Assembly (NCBI GenBank): GCA_028534125.1
Contig: CM052816.1
Location: forward strand, 25,484,001 to 25,548,000
Source: Lama glama
Taxonomy: Eukaryota
Direction of reading: 5' to 3'
Length of the DNA stretch: 64,000 nucleotides
A program made the position numbers and the translations under genes. Shown here piece by piece: positions 25,948-38,500 of the stretch (positions within the stretch are counted from its first letter, which is position 1; the number at the start of each line of letters is the position of its first letter). Below the pieces are notes generated by a model. The model had not been told where the DNA came from and searched no databases. It saw only the letters and a program-made list of their open reading frames with translations.

Positions 25948-27261
25948 GAGACAATGGAAACCCTGTAAGGCTTATCTTGTAGATGTTTCCAGCAACACAA
26001 TATAGGAGTAATAGAGCGGATACCATACACAGACACAGATACAGATACAGGAATAGACAGAGAGATGTCAGAAAGAAAGAAACAGAGAAGGACTATGATA
26101 GCCACTCAACCTGAGTTGTTCACCCATGTAGTGGGAGTGGAAGAGTGTCTCATCTTTTCCTCTGTCTCCAAGAAGGACAAGGAAGGAGCCGAGTTGGTGG
26201 CCTTGAGAATCAGAAAACATTTATAGTTAGGACAAGGAGGACACCAGAGGAATTGTAAAACTGTAGAAGAATGGTAGCCATGGACTACAGATTAGCTGTA
26301 GATGCCACAGAGATAAATGTTAGTAATCTAAGAGCAAAGGAGTATTTATATATCATTGGAAATGACTTGAGATTGGATGCCAATGACTGGAAGCACATAT
26401 CTCTTTCACAGTGCAATATAGCCATCCTGGAACTAAAGAGAATGGAAGGAAAGGTTGTAGGTAAGAGTATCTGGAATTGACTAATATTTACCCAGAAGAT
26501 CTAACAAAAATCTGAAAGTGGCATACTTTACCTTAATTTATTTTTCTTTTCTTTTGTTTTCATTAGTGGTTATGGGGCCAAAAGCTAATTTAAGTGCAGC
26601 TATAGTGCAATTTTTCTGTTACATTTATTTCTGCATACCTAAGTCACACAGTTTCTGAAATTTGTAATATCAACAAAGGTGGAGGATATGTAGGTATGTA
26701 TATTTCTAGAGATAAAAAAATTGGTGATCTCACTTCTTACCATCCTAACAGATAACTTTATATACTTAAATATGCCATCATTTTTATTTTCCCCCCAAAT
26801 TAGAAATATTATGAGGAATCAATTATTTCTTGCAATAGTACCATTTAAAAAACTGTAATTTTCAACTAACTCCACCATGGTAATGAACAGATAACCCATT
26901 CTAGGTAAATCAGAGTATGTAATTGGTGTGATATTAAATTATAAAAGTACATATGTGGTTATTATGTTACATATGTGCCACTGTGTTATGTAGTTATTAG
27001 GTTGCACATGTATAAGCTCACTGTTCAGTGGATATCCATCATTATGTTTCATGCAGATTGGAATCAAATCGTCCCATTATTTTGAACTTGGAATGACTTT
27101 AGAGTTGATCCAGCCCAGTGCCATCATTATACAAATGAGGGAATAGAAGCCAAAAGAAGTTAAATGATTTACTCAGCCATACTGTCCATTAATGTTGCAG
27201 CTAAAATGAGACCCCTGCTCTGATCATTTTAATTAATTTCAAGGGTAATTCTTCACAAATT

Positions 27262-27805
27262 GGCTTATCACTGAAGACACCTTTAATAGCAAATAACTGA
27301 AAATAAAATTGAAAATGGTTTAAATGATAAGGAAAATGTATCCTTTTGAATAGCACAGAGCATGAAGGTATAAGAATTCCAGAGTTAGTTAATTCTGTGT
27401 CTCAATCCCATGATCAAAGGCCTGAAGTTCTTTGCATCCCTTTGTTTTCCCTTCCTTTCTGTATCACACTGTCCTCAGCCTGGCTCCCCTTAGGGTCCTG
27501 AGACAGTTGCAGCAGTACCAGGCAACATACAGACACATCAAGATCCAGTGTCACTTTATATGAACAAAGATTGTTTCCCAGAAGTGCCCCCAGAAAACTG
27601 ACCCGCATTTCTCCTTGATAACAACTGCATCCTGTACTCATGGAATAGGATTGCATTAGGGACTTAGATTAATCAGGACACTAGAGGGACAGAAATGCAC
27701 CAGCTTCCCCAGTGTGTGTAGCCTTTCTTGAAAATGGAGGAATTAGTCAAAGATAAAGGGAAAGAAGGAGGAATAATTGGAAGGTAACCAATAGTGTCTG
27801 TCATA
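27262..27805 (-). mobile_element. Old MaLR MLT1 (K/L-like) LTR
   Basis: tagcaaataactgaaaa...aaaatggtttaaat, gacagttgcagcagtaccaggc, tttcccagaagtgccccc, ggtaaccaatagtgtctgtcata. Confidence 0.6.
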
Positions 27806-28164
27806 ACTGGTGCATGTTTCTGGGTATAAATCCAAGTTGGCTCTAAATGGTACAGGGAAATGAGTATTCTTATGGTCTAATTAAAAATCCATAATAAAGC
27901 AAAGAAGTACTTTATGAAAGTGAAGAATTAGTCACATATCCTTAATGTCAATCCAGATGATCACATAAAGGATTTGTTTAAATAGCACAGCTAAAAAAGC
28001 ACAATTTTTTCAATTAGTTATAGTTTACACTGAAATAACAAACTTTGTTTTGTTTGTTTTTTCTTAATCACAGTATTCTGGAGAATTAACAGCCTTAAAG
28101 AACTAGTTATTACTATCTCTACAGATAAGGAAACTGATGCTTAGAGATACTGACATTTATGATT

Positions 28165-28347
28165 TCTACAGTGTGGTCTCTGCATCAGCTATATTAGCAT
28201 CACTTGGAAATTCACTAAAAATACAAATTATTGGTGTTTATCTCAGACATACTTAGAATCTTTGAGAATGGGGCTCAGTAATCTGTATGTAGTTTAACAA
28301 GCCTCCCAGATGATTCTGATGCCCTGGAAAATTTTAAAACCACAGCC
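28165..28347. mobile_element. MER5A hAT-Charlie element nested in a MIR (~28080-28420)
   Basis: gtgtggtc...agcatcacttggaaa...tttaacaagcctcccagatgattctgatgc...aaaaccacagc; MIR motifs acagataaggaaactga and caggatttgaa flank it. Confidence 0.75.
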
Positions 28348-29414
28348 CTAGACAAATAGCTCTGGGTCAGGATTTGAAAATTGGCTGTCTTACCTCCAGA
28401 GCTGGTTTATTTAACCAGTAACACTCAACTGCCCCCCTCCCCCAGGAAACATAAGAGTTGCTTAAACAAATTAGACTAAGGGAGAGCAAAACAGTGCCAT
28501 TTTCTATATCCATATTTCACTATTGATTCTGTTGCCATCATGAATATGATCCATATTAATTATTAAGGAGGTGGTGAGTGGGAGCTACCAGTTTGGCCAC
28601 AGTGTGATCTGGTTGCTCTGGCTTCACTTTAGGACACGGAATTGAGAGTTACAGGGGACTGAGTTCTGTGAACCAGACCCTGGAGTGGGTTTCCATTTAC
28701 AAAAGGCCTTCTTCTGATAATTTTACATTCAAATGATCCAATACAGAATTAGATGAAAGAGATGAATCATGAGATGGCTGTGGGTTAGCTGAATAGATAT
28801 TTTTATAATGATTACAGGCACTCACAACACCACATTCTTGAAATTATATTGCTTTGTGGTACAAAGAGCTTATTCTTCTCATAATGGCATCTTGATAGAA
28901 TGTGGGTGGGCTGAATAGCTCCCAGGGCATTAGCAAAGCAATGACATGAAATCCTTGTTTTATTTTCTGTAGCTCCTCTGGATAGCTTGAGAGAAATTAT
29001 GTAACTACTCTACAAATGATGGGTAACTATGAATTCCAGAGAAATGAGGCAAGGGATTGCATGAAATCATAAACTAAAGGAAGGACAGAGTTTGGGTCCT
29101 CCTTCATGCAATCCAGACCCTGCAGTCTTTTTTCTTTATATTTTGCAGATGTCTCCTCTATGAGCTACGTAATAATTTTTACCAAAGTTACATGCATCGT
29201 CTTTCCTTTTCATTTGTTTGCTTTTCACACTAACACTGTAAGACATAAACACTTTCTTTATAAATAGCTATATTTCATGGAAATAGTAACAAAACAGCAA
29301 ATTGAGAGCTTAGGTGTATACATAAGCAAACCATTTAGGATTTTATTTCATTGCATGTTATCTGCTTATCTAAAAACACCAAACTGCTGTCTGTTCAGGG
29401 TGGTTAGCCACAAC

Positions 29415-29560
29415 GTGAGCTTGATGGTTCCACCTGAGAAAACGACATCACCTCTCTCAGCCTCAGTCTCTTGATCTATAAAATCGGGATAATAATAAAA
29501 CCACATAGGAATATTTAATGTTTTATAAAATAATATGTGTAAGTCACTTACCCAGTAACT
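29415..29560 (+). mobile_element. MIR SINE fragment
   Basis: cacctctctcagcctcagtctcttgatctataaaatcgggataataataa MIR core. Confidence 0.65.
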
Positions 29561-30635
29561 GACTCTTTGATAGTAAACAATGTGTATTATAATTTTTATT
29601 TTCTCTTCCCTCATTATCATTATCACAATAAAAATAATATGAAAATTATACAATGACATGCATTTAAAAAAATTTTTATATGAATGTTTTTCTGAGAAGT
29701 TCTATAGCTTTTATAAAATTCTCAAAAGAGTCTTTGACTTTTAACAAAAATGTTAAATATTAGAGCAAATGTTGCATATTAATCACCATATCCCCAAGAA
29801 CCAATAACCAGCGTTAAATGGTTAAGCAACTAAACTCGCTTACCTGAAACTACTTGCTTTTGAGGAAATCTATGAGAATACTTCTCCTTTATGTCTTATT
29901 CGAATAAATGTAGAATCAGAGGTTTTCTTTATAGTTGTAGATATAGATGTGTTTCTTTTTGCCCAGTGTTTTCTAAGCAATGTATGTTCATTGCTTTTTT
30001 AAATTGTAGTATTTTTCAACATTTTCTGCTTTATGAAGACCTGGAATAGAAAATTGCCAAGATAACACTGGAATTACAAGAATACTGTTAGCCAGCATAC
30101 TGGCTGACTGTGGAGGTGCCTTCGGTGCCCAGATCTAGACAGCTGGTTGTTTAGATCCAGGATGAGATTGTAGGGTCTACTTCTTATCATTAATTACCTC
30201 CCCACCCTGATTGGCAAATTCATCCCACCCTTCACCCAGAAAGGGAGGGTCTGAGAGGCTCTGTGACCACAGCTGAAATGATGATACCAAGAGTTTATAC
30301 TTTTACAGTCACTCAAGAATCTTACCTTTGTGCAGTTCAGGGCTGGACATATAAACAAAACAAAACAAGTTGTTTCCTTTTCTTGGGGTAACTGGAAGGA
30401 AATTATATGAATACTTTATAACTGTGACTTCTCAAGAACTATACAGAGGATTAGCATTCAGGTGAAATGATTCTATGAGGTCAGTATTATTACAGGACAA
30501 TACTGAACGTTAATCACCTCGACTTAGAGAACATCATGAGCTTACCTGTGATGGTGAAGCTAAGATTCTTTAGTATTTTTTTCTAGCATTTATGGGAATT
30601 CATTTGAACTAATTTAATAAATTCAACAAGATTGG

Positions 30636-31098
30636 TGTGATGATTAATTTTAGGTATCAACTTGGCTGTGTCTCAAGGTGCCCAAGATACTTGGTTATAC
30701 ATTATTCTGGGTGTGTCTGGGAGGCTATTTCTGGAAGAGATTAGCATTTGAATCAGTAGACTAAGTAAAATCAGTAGACTCACCAATGTGAGTGGGCATC
30801 ATGCAGTCCATGGAGAGCCAGAATGGAACACAAAGGCGGAGGAAAGGAGAATTCACTCTCTGCCTGACTGTGTAAGCTGGGATTTGGTCCTCTCTCGTAC
30901 GCTTTCTAGGAAATACACCATCAGCTTTCCTGGTCCTCACACCTTCAAAGGTGGACTGGAACTACACCCCGTTGCTTCCTGGGTCTCCAGCTTGCAGAAA
31001 ACAGATTGTAGAATTTCTCATCCTCTATAATCATGGAGACAGTTTCTCATAAAAAATATATACTGGTTCTGTTTCTCTGGAGAACACTGACTAATACA
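30636..31098 (+). mobile_element. ERVL MLT2-type solo LTR
   Basis: Starts TGTGATGATTAATTTTAGGTATCAACTTGGCTG; ends GGTTCTGTTTCTCTGGAGAACACTGACTAATACA. Confidence 0.9.
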
Positions 31099-31179
31099 AC
31101 TGAGGTATTTGTTATGTGTAACAGTTGCAATTTTTAATTTCATAATTAACTGATAGTCTACCACCTTTTTAATCAAAGA

Positions 31180-31870
31180 CAACTTTGTTGTGTTTTTCTT
31201 AACATAGAAAAATACTGATTTACTGTGTAAAAAGATAAAGTTGCCAAAATTAAGGCACAAAGAAAAAGTAAAAATTATCTGTAATCCCACTGCCCAGAGA
31301 TGATTATGGACACACTGCCTTTAACCTCATATTGATGCATATTTATCTTTAATATAAATAGAAGTTTACCTAGATCTGCCTTTAGATGTATGTACTTTTT
31401 TTGTAAACTTTTAAGTATTAACATATACAAAAAGGTACATAGTTCAAAGTAAAAATACCCAAATAGCCAGCACCCATTTCAAGAAATAGGACATTGCCAA
31501 TATCCAAGAAGCCCCCTCAGCCCACTCAGTTACCTCCCCAACAAGGGTAATCACCAAACTAACTTAGAACATCCTGAATTATTTCTCTGTGTTCCTTTGT
31601 TCTATATAATTAGAATCATACAATATGTACTCTTATCTACCTGACTTTTTTTGCTCAATTATTTTGTTTGTGACCATATCGATGTTTTTGTATGAGGTTG
31701 GTTGATTCATTTATTTTTATTGCTACATAAGATTCCATTATTGTAGCTACTATTTTTATTTTCTTATTGTTATATAGAGCAATATACATGTTATTGCTAT
31801 ATAGGACTCCATTGTTGTATCTTTTGTTTGTACTGAATATTTTACTTAATGATAGTAAAATATTCCTATA
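31180..31870 (-). mobile_element. Old L1ME 3' fragments
   Basis: atctgtaatcccactgcccagagat, ttcaagaaataggacattgccaatatccaagaagcccc, tagaatcatacaatatgtactctt. Confidence 0.6.
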
Positions 31871-32292
31871 GCAGGAAATATTCAACAAACCTTTCTGAGC
31901 ACTTACATTCCATGCTTTGCATTAGGTATTCATTTAAAGCGTCGTTTTAAATATGTGGAATTTTTTTCACTATATGAAGGGACTATTCACTTTATTTTTA
32001 ATGATCCTTAAGCATTGTGGAAAAAGTGTTTGCTCCCATGTTTAGAATTATAGGAAGGAATTTGTGCTTCGGTGAAAAACTGTGCATTGTCTAGAGTCTA
32101 AAGGATGGATACGCCTCAGGGTTATCTGATTCTGGTTCCACTGAAGCACTTTCACAACTAGTCCTAAGTTGTGAATCACTTGTAGCAAAGAAAAAAAAAC
32201 CTTATCTATAGACATGCAAATTCTGTCCTTTAGAAAACAACTGACTTCCTTCTCCATACCTCCAAAAGTTCTGCTTTCCATTTGCACATATA

Positions 32293-32860
32293 TGTTACCA
32301 AACCAAACTTGGTCTGCTCGCCCACAGGCAGTAAAGCCAATCTACTGAAACAGGGTTGTGGTGAAGAAAATGCGGCATTAATTGCAGGCATGAGACAAGT
32401 GCTGGGCAGCTAATGATTATAAAAACCCCAACTCCCAGACGAAATTCAGGAAAGCATTTTTAAGGCAAGGTGAGGGAGGAGAGCCCCAGGGTGTGTGATC
32501 AGCTCATGCACGATTCTCTGATTGGATGATGGTGAGGTAACAGGATGGTATCACAGGGGTTAACATGATCAGTTCTCAGGCTCCAGTAGGTCAGAGGGTC
32601 ATGTGCTGATGGTCATGAAGTAGTTAACGTCTTCCATTTGGTGGGCCTTTTAGCATCTGTAAAACAACAGTTCTCCTGGCCCAACTGCTATTTTTGTCAC
32701 TCCAAGTTCACATTCTTTCAATCATTAATTCTTGAACCAGGCTTTTGTGACTCAGGAGGGGCCGGGGAGACTATAGGTTTTCTACAAACAAGAGGCAGGT
32801 AGAGGACATTGGGGGAGGAGGTCTGTCCCAGGAAGGCCCCACAGGGACCTGCTCGTTACA
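32293..32860 (-). mobile_element. ERV1-type solo LTR (copy 3)
   Basis: TGTTACC...GTTACA termini with 4-bp TSD TATA at 32289-32292 and 32861-32864; shares tgatcagctc.tgcac.attctctgattgg and gtcccaggaaggccccacag with copy 2. Confidence 0.88.
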
Positions 32861-35800
32861 TATATTGCACTAGTCCTGATTTATAAATGTATTATTCTTA
32901 AATTTCTCTTTTGAGTCAGTTATAACATCTGCCTGGTTCTCTTATTAATTAATAAATAGACTTAAATTTTTAACACATTCATTTTTATGTTTGTATGACA
33001 GTCATAATTTTATCTTTTTTTGAAAATTCTCTTTTCACAATTTTACAGTTTTCTTCAGTAATAACCTAAGTGATGCTACACAAATGCCCAAAGTTCTCTT
33101 TTTTGATTCTAAAGAGACAGCAACTGCCTGAAGGTGGGACACAGGGGATCTGTTTAATCTTGCTGGCTTAAATATTTTTCCTATTTCATGGTCTATCATA
33201 GTTGGTTGAAATCAATTGGAACATCTTCCACCTGTTACCTGCAGAATTCACACAAGTAGCACACTAAGTTGTTCACTTCAGACATTTCACACATTCTTTC
33301 TTATTTGATGCACATTTCACTTCACATCATCGTTATGTATTGATTACTCCCTGCCTTGGGAATGATGAGACTCCTTCTAGTCATGGTGAGTTAGTTAACG
33401 ATATCCTTCTCTTCGTGTTTAATCCTCCTTTATATCAGCCCCAGCACAGAGCTTGGCACACAGTAACCATTCAACACTTTTTGTGAATGAGTGAATAAAT
33501 AAACAGCAATATTGCTGCCAGTCTGTTTTTCTGAATCAGAAATTATTAAATATGGTTGTATAATGACTTCTAGAATATAGCAGTTAGGCTCTTGAGGGAT
33601 TCCTAAAATAAATTTGTGAATGTTCACTTACTGTAACAAATGCATGTGAAAATAGATCAAAATAGTGTTAACCCAGGGAGAAGTAGGTAGTAACTAGTAT
33701 GGCAAAATCTGCTGAGGTTCCAGACAGGTTTGGCAAGGGTGCAAAGGGGGATCCCAATCTAGAAGACAGGACCATGGCTTCAGGTACACAGAATAAAGAT
33801 GGTGAGATCCATGGTTATTCCAGGAAATCTGTCTGGTAGGAAGACTTGACAGGAACAAAGTGGGCTGATAAGACCAGCAAAACAGGTGGCTATTTGAGAG
33901 ACTTGGTGAGACAGGGCATAGAGATTTTGTGTGTTTGGGACAGAAAGGAGAGAAGCCAACATACAGAAGGGGCAGATACTTTCCCCTCAGATACAAAGCA
34001 GCAGTAGAACAACTTGGCGGCGGGGGAGGGGAGTGGTATTCTTGATATTTGGTCAACTGCCTACTCACTGGTCCAAGAGAGAAGCAAAGAAAACTTGCTA
34101 AGGCTTTGAATTTGACTTCTATGAGCTGGACTTGAACCAGACAGGTTGTGTCAAGTACAGAAAAAAGTGTAAAATGACTACAGACTTGTAAGATAATTCA
34201 TTCTGAGTTAAGAAGATTAAAAACAAGAGGTTGTGCCAGGTGAAATTGGAGTCTTAGTAGCTTTTCCTAGTTTACAAAAACATCTTTAATTCTCCATCTC
34301 TCCCAGGTTTCTTCAGATCTATTCATTGTGTTAATGATTCTGCTTAGCTCACGTCCAAAGTAACTCAATGTTTGTGGAATTTTTAATCTCCTTTCAAAGT
34401 ATGTTGACAATGTCAAGTGGTATTGCCACTCTGAGAAGGCGTCCGGTTGGTCATTTCTGAATGGGAATCCTACTTAGCAATTTTCCTTGTATAAACCATA
34501 ACCAGAATGAGGCAAACCCAAGTCCTTCACGAGTATAGCAGTGGTAGAACAGCTCCCAGAATCATTCACTTCAAGTAATGTGCAATACCGTAAAATTCAA
34601 GTACAGTTTTTAAAAAAATTAGGGACATTTGGTTGAGAGCATTTGTAGCTTTGTTTGAACTAGGCATAATACAAATGCCCAAACACATATAAAGTGAAGA
34701 GGTCATCAAACAGTGCATTCTTTGAGTGATGACTTTTTAAAATAAATTTCTATCCTTAAAAATTTCAAAAAACACAAAAATAGAAATAACAGTACAATAA
34801 AACCGCAGTGTTTCCAGCATCCAGATCCAACCATTGTTTAAAATCTTGTCACATTTGCTTTATCCATCCTTTTTATTTTCATTTGCTGAAGTTAGTGACG
34901 TGTTTTTGACACCAAAACTGGAGTCAGTATTTGCCATCATTTAAAATTTGTTTTTGTGTTTTTCTGAATGTCTCTTTTGGAAAGTACTTCAGTATTTTGA
35001 TTTGTTCACCTCCTATGAATTCCTAGCAACAAATGATGGATGCCTACTGTGTACAAGGCCCCCTGTACTTGAATTTCTTCTGCCTTTAGCTCTTAAAACT
35101 ATCAAAGCAGTTCCAGGAACATCAGACATCTTTCTAGAAAACTTTATCTCATTGCGTACGTGGGTTTCCAGTGGCAGGATACAGAAAGTAATCTAGCTAA
35201 ATTGTGTAGATAATAATATACCAGCATAATGGTACTTAATTTCTGTTTAAGAGCATTTGCCTTCTACCACTTTCTTTGAAAGCAACATTGTGTTGTTTTA
35301 ATATTGTTAAATTAGAACAATAAAAGATATGTCTAATTATTTTTACTTTGCTTGCATATCATTATAACTGTGCCCTCTGTCTATAGAAAAAGAGCTGACA
35401 AATAACTGGAAGCTACAAATGTAACCACAGTTTGGAATAAAATAATCCCAGTTCCTTCTAACTGCTTAGGACTCTGTCCAAGATACATCGCTCTCTCCTG
35501 CCTCACTGTCTCCTGCAGTTGCTACATGTTGAGAGTCATGCCTGCTGGTACTGCTGAAGCTAAGAGGCTGTCAACATACCCAGTCTGACCTCTTTATACC
35601 AGGTTTATAACTCAGCTGTTTAAACTTGTCTTGAGCCAGAATTTAACACAGTGTTTTAATCTGAGAAACATAAGCATGCTTTCACATGTGTATGAAAGTC
35701 ACATATTTTTTTCCCTCTTTACAACAAGTTGATTAAAAATACATATGCATGACAACTTAGCCATTTCAGAGCTATGTCAGAAATTAGAGAATTTGTTCTG

Positions 35801-36449
35801 GAGCTGATTGACTTTAACTGCATAAATAATAGAATTTAAGAAAGCCTTTCCCTTAGAGAGGAAACTTTGCAACTTAAAAGACCAGGAAATTGGAAATTTT
35901 TAAAACTTTTAAAAATAAAAAATAAATTTTGAAAAAGAGAGAGAAAGTGAAGCATTGACTTCTTAGAGCCTGAAAATGAGCCTTTATTCATATAGTATAT
36001 CACTATGTCTGTTTACCATGAGAACACTTTGAAATTTGGCATAATGACGTTAAATAACCACAATTGAGACAAACATTCTATAAGGGACTATTATAGGTTG
36101 CCTCTAATGTGGTAATAGATGTCATTTTAAAAATGCAACTGTACCGTCTGAATGAAAGACGATGACTTCTAACACATTGGTTACAGACAATTGAATATTA
36201 CAGCTGCCTTCCCTCCTGACTTGCTGCTATCATTTTATGCAGTGTAACTGGTGTTTGATTAGCATGGAATTCTCATAGAATCAAAGACAGCTACCATTGA
36301 AAAAACTCTCATGTTCACTATGAAGTAGGTAATAAATCTGCATGATGTATTTGCTTTCAGCAAAAAACCAAAACAAAACAAAAAAAAAACCCTTACAAAT
36401 ACATTTTTGAAATCTGAAATCTGGTGAGTATCTCTAAGTTTAAGAGTGT

Positions 36450-36610
36450 ACTCACTTCTTTAAGTCCCAGTGTCCTTTTCTGTAAAATGGGAATTCTAAT
36501 ACCACACAAAGTGGTTATTAAAGATAATTGTGACTTTATGAATAAAGAGCCTAATCCTGTGCCTGGTACCACTTTCCTGTACACAAAAAGTACTCAATAA
36601 ATGTCAGTCC
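36450..36610 (+). mobile_element. MIR SINE fragment
   Basis: cagtgtccttttctgtaaaatgggaattctaatacc...gtgcctggtac...tactcaataaatgtcag. Confidence 0.7.
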
Positions 36611-37020
36611 CTGATGCTTTGAAGGAAAGATACAACAACTTGAAGATTCCATTTCATAGTAATAAATAGTAAATAAGTAAGTACCATTGGCTGCTGAATA
36701 AACTGAAGCTTTCTAATATCTTCCATGGTGAACACTCATGCCTTATGGTACTAAAAACATCAAGTTCAAATGTTATACTGCCTATTATCTTTTCATCTTG
36801 AGAAACAAAAATGAAAAATTTTACTTTCTGCATGTACTGTCACAGAGAAAAACAGATAGAAAATAATAGTCTACTAAAAATCAAATTATTTGACCCTTAT
36901 AATGTACTTTCCATATCAAAGTCTGATTTTCCAGAAAATTTTGAGTGATATTTATTCTTTGTTCCCTCAATATTATTTGACTTTTGAAAGGGATTAATCT
37001 GTTGGCTAGGAGCTCTTCTC

Positions 37021-37181
37021 TTTTTTTAATTTATTTAATTTTTTATTTTGGGGTTTTTTTTGATGGGGAAGTAATTAGGTTTATTTATTTAGTTTATTTT
37101 TGGAGGAGGTACTGGGGATTGAAACTGGGACTTCGTACATGCTAAGCATGGACTCTACCACTTGAGCTATTCTCTTCCCCC
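37021..37181 (-). mobile_element. tRNA-Ala-derived SINE (resembles camelid Vic-1)
   Basis: Reverse complement GGGGGAAGAGAATAGCTCAAGTGGTAGAGTCCATGCTTAGCATGTACGAAGTCCCAGTTTCAATCCCCAGTACCTCC has A-box/B-box and a tRNA-Ala(AGC)-like arm, followed by an AT-rich body (aaataaacctaattacttcccc) and an A-rich tail. Confidence 0.85.
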
Positions 37182-38069
37182 TGCAAGGGGTAACTCATAT
37201 TTTATTTTTAATACATATTTTATTCCAGCCTTTATTTTAAATAGATTATTAAAACTATTTAATGATTGGTTCTATTTTGCTTTGGCCACACTTTAAGAAA
37301 GTTTTTCAGATTCAAAGCTTGTGATTGTCTACCTACGGATGAAGATGCATAGTACTGATCTTGCCAATCAAAGTTTAATAACCAACAACCACATCCTGAG
37401 TATTTACATTTGTTCATGTACATACATCTTGACTTAGGGACCGTAACATTTTGCCGTAGTTATTTCAAATCTTTCTTCTCCCTCCTCGTTCTTAAGCACT
37501 CTTCTATAGTTGGTCATATCATCTTCGCAAGTTTTAATACTTCTTATACATTACATCTTGCTTTTACTAATCATAGAAGTAAAATAAGCAATTTAAGATA
37601 GAATATCCAATTATGAGATTAGATGAATGAAATCCACAGTGCCCTTTAGTTCAGTACTATTGAACCAAGAAGCTCCAGAGTTCACTGGAATTAGTAGTTC
37701 AGAGATGATGAGTTAGGCCTTTAGAGGAATGTAAGTTTGAAATGGTTAAGAAGGCTCTGGGGGATGGCATTCGAGATAGAGGGAAAATGGGAGCAGAGGC
37801 ACAACTGTAGAAATATACAAGGTGCACCTACTTCCCTGTTTATTTCCTTCCTCCTAGAAACATAATTTATTTGCACTGAGTTAATCACTTAGTTTGCACC
37901 CTATACTATTCTGGGCAGAATAGAAGAAACGTAACTTTTACATGGCACTCTTTTGAATGTTACTGCATGTACTTTAATGTAAGATGCGGGGATATATTTA
38001 CTTCATTTGGCAGCACTTCTCACCCCAATTCTGAACTAAGGTTTAGCTCCCCATCCATCCAGTTCTTTT

Positions 38070-38500
38070 ATAGTTCTTAGAGTAGTTTTGTCACTTTGTA
38101 AGTTTCTTCTATTTTTTAGAAACATGATTCTCAGAAGATTTCTGGTTTCTATTTTTACTATAAATGGAATTTCTTTTTTGTCACTGTATTTTCTGACTAC
38201 ATAATATTTATGTAATGGATCGTTCTAGACATTTGGATATTCACCTTGTATTCAGGCACTTTGCTGAGTTCTTCCAGCTAATTATTTTGACATTTCTAGA
38301 TAACAATCCTCTTACGTAGTAGTTACATATTTATTTTTGTTTCATGTCTTATTTTGTATGTCTCAACTTGTTGAATATAACAAGAAATGATGATAATGAC
38401 TAGCCTTGTTGTACTCCAGCTTTTAAAAGAAAAGCCTCAAGAGTTTCAATATTATGTACCTCTTGCTTAGAAATGGATTATCATGTTAAGGAAGAATTCT
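38070..38500 (-). mobile_element. Old L1M ORF2-region fragment
   Basis: ttggatattcaccttgtattcaggcactttgctgagttctt, tttctagataacaatc, atcatgttaaggaag. Confidence 0.55.

Noticed and set aside
15840..30560. Several minus-strand donor-like sites (near 15848, 29842, 30324, 30545)
   Set aside because: No well-formed upstream acceptors or consistent reading frame; such motifs are expected by chance in 64 kb.
32151..32175. 9-bp hairpin TTCACAACT/AGTTGTGAA (and 8-bp GACATTCA/TGAATGTC at 58337-58356)
   Set aside because: Stems of this length are expected by chance in AT-rich 64 kb; no supporting context.
25480..32860. Two similar same-orientation LTRs spanning 7.4 kb as a full provirus
   Set aside because: Each LTR has its own TSD (GAGA vs TATA), they differ in whole segments, and the interval contains older MIR, MER5A, MLT1, MLT2 and L1ME sequence with no gag/pol remnants.
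37102..37181. tRNA-Ala gene
   Set aside because: Degenerate stems and B-box plus an attached AT-rich body and A-tail indicate a SINE, not a functional tRNA.
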